DNA from: Candidatus Cloacimonadota bacterium
Lineage (GTDB): Bacteria > Cloacimonadota > Cloacimonadia > Cloacimonadales > WRIO01
DNA length: 13,330 bases
Direction: 5' to 3'
NCBI GenBank assembly: GCA_029564175.1
Contig: JAKQQL010000150.1
Coordinates: 1-13,330, forward strand
Shown one piece after another: positions 1 through 5,921 of the stretch. The notes beneath the pieces were generated by a model that saw nothing but the letters and a program-made list of their open reading frames with translations, was not told the origin of the DNA and made no database searches. Within the stretch, counting starts at the first letter, position 1, and every line of letters begins with the position of its first letter. Made by a program: the position numbers and the translations under genes.

Positions 1-179
1 TTAGTGATTTTTACTTAAAAAAGGTCTTGTTTAACTTCAAATTTTCAAAAATTAGGGGTTACAATTTTGAATTTGCTGTTTAATCATATATTTTCAGAAA
101 ATTTGATTTTTTTTTGTACTGATTAATTACGAGTTCATCAAAATTCAGATTTAAACATTTCAGCATACTGTTTACTTTT

Positions 180-3107
180 ATGTTGTTAATGTTGAGTCAA
201 ATGCTGTTTGCCTTTACTGAAATGCAAATTCAAAGAACTGATGGTATGTCCAATCAGGCTTATGGCTTTAGTGTGGATATTGACCATAACAATGCACTTG
301 TAGGTGCGTATGGTGATTTTAATTCCTTAACACAATTGGTAAATGGTTCTGTTTATTTTCATAAATTTAACGGCATTGACTGGATTTTAGCTCAAAAGAT
401 AGTATATGATTCAAGTTCAAATCCGGAAGAATTATCTGAGGTCGGCTTCGGTTATAAGGTAATCATTCAGGATACTGTAGCGATGATCAGCGCACCTTGG
501 GATTTTACAGGCAATACGTTAAATGGGGCAGTATATTATTATCATTACAATGGCACCCAATGGGTTTTTGGACAAAAGATAATGGGTTCTATTCAAGGGG
601 GTTATGACGATTTTGGCATAGATATGGCCTTAGATGGAAATGTTTTGATCGTTGGCGCTTCTGGGACTGATCATGTTTTAAACACGAATGTACCTACTGA
701 AATGAACTATGGTGCAGCCTATATTTTCCGTTGGAATGGCACTCAATGGATTCAAGAACAAATTTTAACAGGAAGTGATACCAATTGTTTTGATGATTTT
801 GGCACCAGAGTTTCAATAAAAAACAATACTGCCGTTGTAACAGCATATATTGCTGGTCCGTTTAATCCGAACAACATCCATCAGGAAGGACCGGGAAAAG
901 CGTATGTATTTAATTATAACGGAACCCAATGGGTTGAATCTCAAATCTTAACCGCATCTGATGGTCAAAATGGAGATTGGTATGGAAGATCAGTAAAAAT
1001 TACCGATACTCAGATTTTTGTTGGCGCTCTTAAACATAATTCCAGCAGTTCAGTAGATGGGGCTGTCTATTGTTATTCGCTTACAAATAATGTATGGACA
1101 CAAACACAAAAAATTATTCCTCAAAACAATGCTAATGCAAGCTACTTTGCGTCTTCAATTGATTGCGAAAATAATCAATTAGCTGTAGGTTGTGGTCATT
1201 GGAGTAATTCAAATAACGGAGTTGTTTATGTATATAATTTAGAAGGGTCTCAGTGGGTTTATAATACGGCTGTTACACATTCAAATCCTAGTGAAAGCGG
1301 AGATGACCTGGGAACAAGTGTTGCAATATCACAAAACAGAGTGATTGCAGGAGCTCCGTGGAGTAACGGTTGGCAGGGATCTGCTTATGTTTTCCACTTT
1401 GAGAATATGGCTCCGGTAGCGATTGCCGGTCCTAACCAAACAGTAAACGGAGGCAGTATTGTTACCCTAAATGCTTCAAACTCCTATGATCATGAATTTG
1501 ACCCGATTTCTTATCTTTGGACAGCCCCAACTGGCATCACATTATCATCGAACACAGTTGCATCTCCTTCTTTTACGGCTCCTTATACAGAGTTGCCTTT
1601 TATTGAGCTGGTTTTTACCTTAGTATGTAGTGATGGCAATTCAAACTCCGTACCCGCTACCGTTACGATTACAGTCATGAATTCAAATCAAATGCCTGTA
1701 GCAAACGCAGGAGATAACAGATCAGTATTGGAAACTACCAATTGTATATTAGACGGATCAACTTCTTATGATCCGGAAAATGCCTCTATCACATATTTAT
1801 GGACAGCTCCTGCAGGAATCAGCTTATCTTCAAATACTACACCAAGTCCTTTCTTTACTGCTCCGGAAGTTACTGAAAATACCATTTTAACATTTACTTT
1901 AGTAGTCAATGATGGTGAATTTAACTCTTTCCCTGATTCAGTCAGTATTACAGTTGTTCCGATTTTACCGGTAAGCAATCTGACATTTAACTCAAACACG
2001 CTCACTTTTGGTTGGAATCCTCCGGGAGCTTCTGAAAAGACATTCCGCTATGATGATGGCGTTGTTACTGATGCCTTAGGTGCTAACAATCCTACTTCTA
2101 TGCTGGGTGTAGCGTATTATGAAAACAGTATCATAGATCAGGTCTCCTGGTATCTTACATCAGATGGATGTCCTCATAATTCTGTCAAAGTAGTAGTTAT
2201 GGCTTTAACAGATGAAGGTATGCCTGACAATCAGAATATTCTATACCAAAATGACAATGTATCAAATACAGATGCCCAATGGAATACATTAACTCTACCC
2301 ACACAGATTTCAGCACCTAATGGTTTTTATGTTGGACTTTCATATGAAGGATTTTTGGGAATTGGCATTGATGATGGAGTAGGAGCTCCTTATGCGTTTA
2401 TTCAAGGCACACACTGGGTTGCAATGGATTGGACAAGTGGACAGTGGCAAAATTTGGAAGAGCTTAACTTTAATAATAATTTTATGATCAGAGCACATGG
2501 TCTATCTTTAGGTACGATTGAAACTGAACGTAAAACAGTTCAAGTTAAACCAATAGACAATACGATGAAACTAGTCTGTATTCCTCAGACTCAAAAAGTA
2601 ATCACTTCTACTGAAACCAGAGACAGTTTTTTCCTCAATCAGTACAATGTTTATCTGGATGGCACAATTCTTCAGGAAGGAATAACTGAAAGAACCTATA
2701 CTTTAACAAATTTAACAAACGGAACCCACACATTTGCGGTTACTGCAGTTTATGAAAACTTTCTGGAATCTGATCCTATAGAATATGAATTTAATTATAC
2801 AGGCAATGATGCGTCAGACATTGTCAACCTAAGCCTCCCATTTATTCAGAATTACCCAAATCCCTTTAATCCAAATACCAATATCAAATTCAATCTTAAA
2901 CAAGATTCTCAGGTTAATCTTAGCATCTTCAATGTAAAAGGTCAAAAAGTAGCGACTCTGATAAATCAAAATATGAAATCTGGTGTTCATACTCTCAACT
3001 GGGATGGTAAAACCACACAAGGCAAGGCTTCTACTTCCGGTATTTACTTCTATCAGTTACAGACAAATTACGACAAACGCATCGGCAAAATGATGTTAAT
3101 AAAATAA
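180..3107 (+). CDS. Secreted surface protein: FG-GAP 7-bladed beta-propeller + 2 PKD/K319-like Ig domains + split FnIII with inserted domain + FlgD-Ig/T9SS type A-like C-terminal sorting domain
   Basis: Seven repeats of (F/Y/L)G..V.I.....VGA...G.(V/A)Y.(F/Y)...W; two PVA.AG...LWTAP.GI.LSSNT..SP.FTAP domains; C-terminal NYPNPFNP...IFNVKGQKV...WDG...SGIYFY...KMMLIK. The true start may lie upstream (see findings). Confidence 0.9.
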   Translation: MLLMLSQMLFAFTEMQIQRTDGMSNQAYGFSVDIDHNNALVGAYGDFNSLTQLVNGSVYFHKFNGIDWILAQKIVYDSSSNPEELSEVGFGYKVIIQDTVAMISAPWDFTGNTLNGAVYYYHYNGTQWVFGQKIMGSIQGGYDDFGIDMALDGNVLIVGASGTDHVLNTNVPTEMNYGAAYIFRWNGTQWIQEQILTGSDTNCFDDFGTRVSIKNNTAVVTAYIAGPFNPNNIHQEGPGKAYVFNYNGTQWVESQILTASDGQNGDWYGRSVKITDTQIFVGALKHNSSSSVDGAVYCYSLTNNVWTQTQKIIPQNNANASYFASSIDCENNQLAVGCGHWSNSNNGVVYVYNLEGSQWVYNTAVTHSNPSESGDDLGTSVAISQNRVIAGAPWSNGWQGSAYVFHFENMAPVAIAGPNQTVNGGSIVTLNASNSYDHEFDPISYLWTAPTGITLSSNTVASPSFTAPYTELPFIELVFTLVCSDGNSNSVPATVTITVMNSNQMPVANAGDNRSVLETTNCILDGSTSYDPENASITYLWTAPAGISLSSNTTPSPFFTAPEVTENTILTFTLVVNDGEFNSFPDSVSITVVPILPVSNLTFNSNTLTFGWNPPGASEKTFRYDDGVVTDALGANNPTSMLGVAYYENSIIDQVSWYLTSDGCPHNSVKVVVMALTDEGMPDNQNILYQNDNVSNTDAQWNTLTLPTQISAPNGFYVGLSYEGFLGIGIDDGVGAPYAFIQGTHWVAMDWTSGQWQNLEELNFNNNFMIRAHGLSLGTIETERKTVQVKPIDNTMKLVCIPQTQKVITSTETRDSFFLNQYNVYLDGTILQEGITERTYTLTNLTNGTHTFAVTAVYENFLESDPIEYEFNYTGNDASDIVNLSLPFIQNYPNPFNPNTNIKFNLKQDSQVNLSIFNVKGQKVATLINQNMKSGVHTLNWDGKTTQGKASTSGIYFYQLQTNYDKRIGKMMLIK
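1404..1958 (+). repeat. Tandem duplication of a ~94-aa PKD/K319-like Ig domain within the surface protein
   Basis: Units start at 1404 (NMAPVAIAG) and 1686 (NQMPVANAG), 282 nt apart; shared SYD, YLWTAP.GI.LSSNT, FTAP and FTLV..DG motifs. Confidence 0.85.
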
Positions 3108-3113
3108 TTTATT

Positions 3114-3143
3114 GGGGCTGTCCTCTTATTGAGGACAGCCTTT
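3114..3143 (+). terminator. Stem-loop downstream of the surface protein gene (probable intrinsic terminator, weak U-tract)
   Basis: GGCTGTCCTC (3116-3125), loop TTATT, GAGGACAGCC (3131-3140): perfect 10-bp stem followed by only TTT. Confidence 0.75.
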
Positions 3144-3168
3144 AAAATAAATAGGAGAGAGAAATAAT

Positions 3169-3456
3169 ATGTTGTCATTAGATGTCATCAACGAAATTTC
3201 TGAAAACCTGAACCGTATCAACAGCAACAGCCTCATCAGGTTTTCTCTGAGATATCAGGATAACACCATATATGTCTATAAGAAAAATTCACTAATTACA
3301 ACTAACTACTGCCGTATAGAATATGAAGATGATAATGACTACCTCTGTGTCCACTTCTATAATTTTGAAATGAGTCAGTACGACCCTCATTACATCAAAA
3401 TCAGAAAGGATACTTTAACAACAGACTTAGAGTTACTACTAAATATTAACAAATAA
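3169..3456 (+). CDS. Hypothetical protein, 95 aa
   Basis: ORF with AGGAG at 3153-3157 upstream of the ATG; globular-like composition; no family confidently recognised. Confidence 0.75.
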   Translation: MLSLDVINEISENLNRINSNSLIRFSLRYQDNTIYVYKKNSLITTNYCRIEYEDDNDYLCVHFYNFEMSQYDPHYIKIRKDTLTTDLELLLNINK

Positions 3457-3463
3457 ACAAAGG

Positions 3464-3720
3464 AAACGATAACAATCACTTTTCAAATAGAATAAAAAAT
3501 TACAATTGTAAGAAAGCAATACTAAGATTATCGTTTAAATGATCATTTCTAATATGATTATGGGTTCTATATCATTTGATTCTCTTATCTATCCTGTAGA
3601 AAATCGCTTTTTATCATTATGAATCAGTTGAGGGAATGGCTATTACTTCTATTGAAAGCAGTGTTATAAACACAGCCTTTTCAAGTAATGAGACTATTTT
3701 AAAAAAAGTGATTATCGTTT
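3464..3720. other. Inverted-repeat-bounded, hairpin-rich element (candidate ncRNA / structured 3' UTR / MITE-like remnant)
   Basis: 3464-3490 (AAACGATAACAATCACTTTTCAAATAG) resembles the reverse complement of 3694-3720 (AAACGATAATCACTTTTTTTAAAATAG) apart from small indels; several internal hairpins. Confidence 0.45.
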
Positions 3721-3804
3721 ATCATGGCTGGAAACTGGCTTATTGTGATGGTTACGCTGAATGATACTAGAAAAACCAATCAGAAAGTATTTTATCGCAA
3801 TGTG

Positions 3805-3852
3805 TTAAAAGCTCATAAAATTGGATAAGCGTTTCTATATTTATGCTTTTAA
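3805..3852. terminator. AT-rich imperfect hairpin just past the stop of the minus-strand gene; possible (bidirectional) terminator
   Basis: TTAAAAGC(TC)ATAAA ... TTTATGCTTTTAA, 12 nt from the stop codon at 3865. Confidence 0.4.
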
Positions 3853-3864
3853 GTATAGTATTTG

Positions 3865-5637
3865 TTAATTTGTATATGCCAGATTAAAAGCTATCTTATC
3901 ATATTTTTTATCAGAGTTCTTCATATAAACCATGCTTGATAATGTGATATTTTTTTGAATTTTTACTGAAGCATCTACAATTATCAAATAGCCTGATTTA
4001 TTGAGAGAAACCGAGTTAATCAAATCTGTCTGAGTATATAATGGCAAGTAAACACTGTTTTTTGTTTTAAAAACACCATTAGATATTGAAATAGATAATT
4101 TTTTATTGATTACCTGCAACTTTTGCAACAATGCGATTCCATTTTTATCATATGTATCATTTTGATAACGATCATTTAACAAATGCAGAGTTGTCTGATG
4201 AGTCAAAAATGGTTGTTCTTTAAAAATTAGAGAAAGAGATACTGATTTTCTTTTTAACTGAATCATTTCCTGTTCATAAATAACATCAGATACACGATAA
4301 AGGGTCTTTATCATCATTTCAGTTTGAGGGCTTAAAGAGTAATTAAGTTTAAGATAATTTTCGTTACCTCTTTTACTATATGACTGGTTAGATTCAGGTT
4401 CACTATATTGAAACAAATCAGTCTGAAATTCTATCTTAAATCGTGAAAAGCGAGCATTAAACAGATAGTACATCCCTTTTTCATTTCTAAAATCAGCTCG
4501 TTGACTATAAGGATTCCCATAATTTTCTGGGAAATATTCTGGATATTGACGATAGCCTGTTTTACAGTAAAAAATCTCTTTTTGCCATGATAACTCTGTA
4601 TGAGATGCTATTTTGTGTTTTGCATAAGCAAGCTCATAACGAAACAAAAAAGGATTATAATACATTTGTGAATACTGACTAAAAGTCTGATAGATACGTT
4701 CAATCCTATGATCAGCAAAGTTGCAGGGATAACCTTGATGGAGAAATTGAATCCCTGTCACCATAGAGTTAAATTTCATATCAGCAATCATACCATAAGC
4801 AGTCACATGATCCTTTTCCTCATCCCGATCCGCATGAAGTCCCGTTTTATTTATTGAAACAATTTGATTCAGTGAATCTTTTCTAATCCAAATAGGGCTT
4901 GAGGAATAAAAAGGAATCAACAGAAGTTTATTAAGATTGAGCTTGGCTGATAACCCGTTTAAATATGCATATTCTGAGCGGTTCACATTAGAAGTGATTT
5001 TAGCTCTATTTAAGCTTTGATTCTGTCTTTTGTTATCAAATGGTGATGCAGAAAAAAGGATTGAATTAGCTGTCTGAATAGAATATGACCCAGTAAAGAT
5101 TTCCTGAATACCTGTATTACCTGGATCTGTTAGTCGGTAATGTAAACTATACTTCATCAAATCAGGAAAATGAGTATCATCAGGGTCTTTTTCAGTAAGA
5201 AATGCCATTTTTACTTGTTTGCTTTGCCAGGAATTCTTATTATAAAAGTAATGTTCTTTATCATGATTAAATGTGTAAGTTATCTTCGATTGAAACTGAT
5301 TTGGAGTTCTCAGATCATAGACTAATAAATGTTTCAGTTGTTCAATCTTTTCTTTGTTTTTAATAAAATTAAAATCTGAAATTGATTTAATTTGATTCTG
5401 TTTTCTTTTTATAAGAATTTGTCTGACTTCATCCTCATTAAATAACCCTAAATCAACAAGTTCCTCTTCTGACAAGAGATTGATAAAAATCGGTTTATCT
5501 ACCCAATTCTCTATATAAGAGCTGTTTTTTTCGAATAAGGCTAAATCATGAATCACTTCGTTTTCAGACTGAGCATTTAAGCAAGTGCTTATCAGAAAAA
5601 GAAGCAGGAAGCACCAGAACTTATCATTTAGTTTCAT
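3865..5637 (-). CDS. Exported protein with an N-terminal ComEA-like helix-hairpin-helix region and a probable outer-membrane beta-barrel (FCB-group 'HhH domain-containing protein' family)
   Basis: INLLSEEELVDL...VRQILIKRKQN.IKSISDF resembles ComEA/HHH_3; family-like motifs EKDP, GSYSIQ, TGLH and YRQY...YGNP...NEKGMY; amphipathic strands up to the C-terminus. Start reassigned from 5727 to ATG 5637, which has AAGAG upstream and gives the signal peptide MKLNDKFWCFLLLFLISTCLNA. Confidence 0.7.
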   Translation of the reverse strand: MKLNDKFWCFLLLFLISTCLNAQSENEVIHDLALFEKNSSYIENWVDKPIFINLLSEEELVDLGLFNEDEVRQILIKRKQNQIKSISDFNFIKNKEKIEQLKHLLVYDLRTPNQFQSKITYTFNHDKEHYFYNKNSWQSKQVKMAFLTEKDPDDTHFPDLMKYSLHYRLTDPGNTGIQEIFTGSYSIQTANSILFSASPFDNKRQNQSLNRAKITSNVNRSEYAYLNGLSAKLNLNKLLLIPFYSSSPIWIRKDSLNQIVSINKTGLHADRDEEKDHVTAYGMIADMKFNSMVTGIQFLHQGYPCNFADHRIERIYQTFSQYSQMYYNPFLFRYELAYAKHKIASHTELSWQKEIFYCKTGYRQYPEYFPENYGNPYSQRADFRNEKGMYYLFNARFSRFKIEFQTDLFQYSEPESNQSYSKRGNENYLKLNYSLSPQTEMMIKTLYRVSDVIYEQEMIQLKRKSVSLSLIFKEQPFLTHQTTLHLLNDRYQNDTYDKNGIALLQKLQVINKKLSISISNGVFKTKNSVYLPLYTQTDLINSVSLNKSGYLIIVDASVKIQKNITLSSMVYMKNSDKKYDKIAFNLAYTN

Positions 5638-5824
5638 ATAAACTCTTTTCGATTTTATAATACTTGAGTACGATAACAACAGTATCCAAATTATCAAGAT
5701 ACCCAAAAGGATAATTTTACAGATCATACAAGGTTGTTAAGCCTTGTAATGCAAATAGTTGAAATTGTTCTAAAATGGTTTTAATTTCATCATTGCATGA
5801 ATGAATCTTTCAACTTTATTTAAT

Positions 5825-5853
5825 CATTTAACAGAAAAAACTGCAAAAGTCAA
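5825..5853 (-). promoter_or_regulatory. Putative sigma70-like promoter for the HhH/barrel gene
   Basis: Minus strand TTGACT (5853-5848), 17 nt, TAAATG (5830-5825). Confidence 0.45.
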
Positions 5854-5861
5854 TAATAATC

Positions 5862-5890
5862 TTGACAAAGAGCTCTTTTATGAATAAATG
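5862..5890 (+). promoter_or_regulatory. Putative sigma70-like promoter for the GT9 gene
   Basis: TTGACA (5862-5867), 17 nt, TAAATG (5885-5890). Confidence 0.5.
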
Positions 5891-5921
5891 AGGAAAGGCA
5901 ATGATAAAAGAGAGAGGATTC

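Noticed and set aside
38..75. Imperfect inverted repeat CAAATT..CAAAA / TTTTGAATTTG
   Set aside because: Almost entirely A/T with bulges, so plausibly chance; the upstream context is cut off by the window edge.
107..115. Poly-T tract upstream of the surface protein as a phase-variation switch
   Set aside because: A 9-T run is unremarkable in such AT-rich DNA and no promoter elements could be placed around it; read-level length variation would be needed to support it.
1766..2005. 79-aa minus-strand ORF
   Set aside because: Antisense shadow inside a well-supported CDS; no recognisable motif.
2829..3020. 63-aa minus-strand ORF
   Set aside because: Antisense to the conserved sorting domain; no independent support.
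3169..3456. DGR template repeat, suggested by the AAC richness
   Set aside because: No matching variable repeat differing at adenines and no RT in the window; the region reads as an ordinary CDS.
3464..3720. Retron, CRISPR array, tmRNA, RNase P or SRP identity for the structured element
   Set aside because: No reverse transcriptase or cas genes, no regularly spaced repeats, and none of the hallmark sequences of those RNAs.
3554..3828. Chain of short overlapping plus-strand ORFs (3554-3622, 3619-3669, 3636-3764, 3724-3828)
   Set aside because: All are 42 aa or shorter with no well-spaced RBS (GAGGGA directly abuts ATG 3636) and no recognisable motif. A small peptide cannot be fully excluded.
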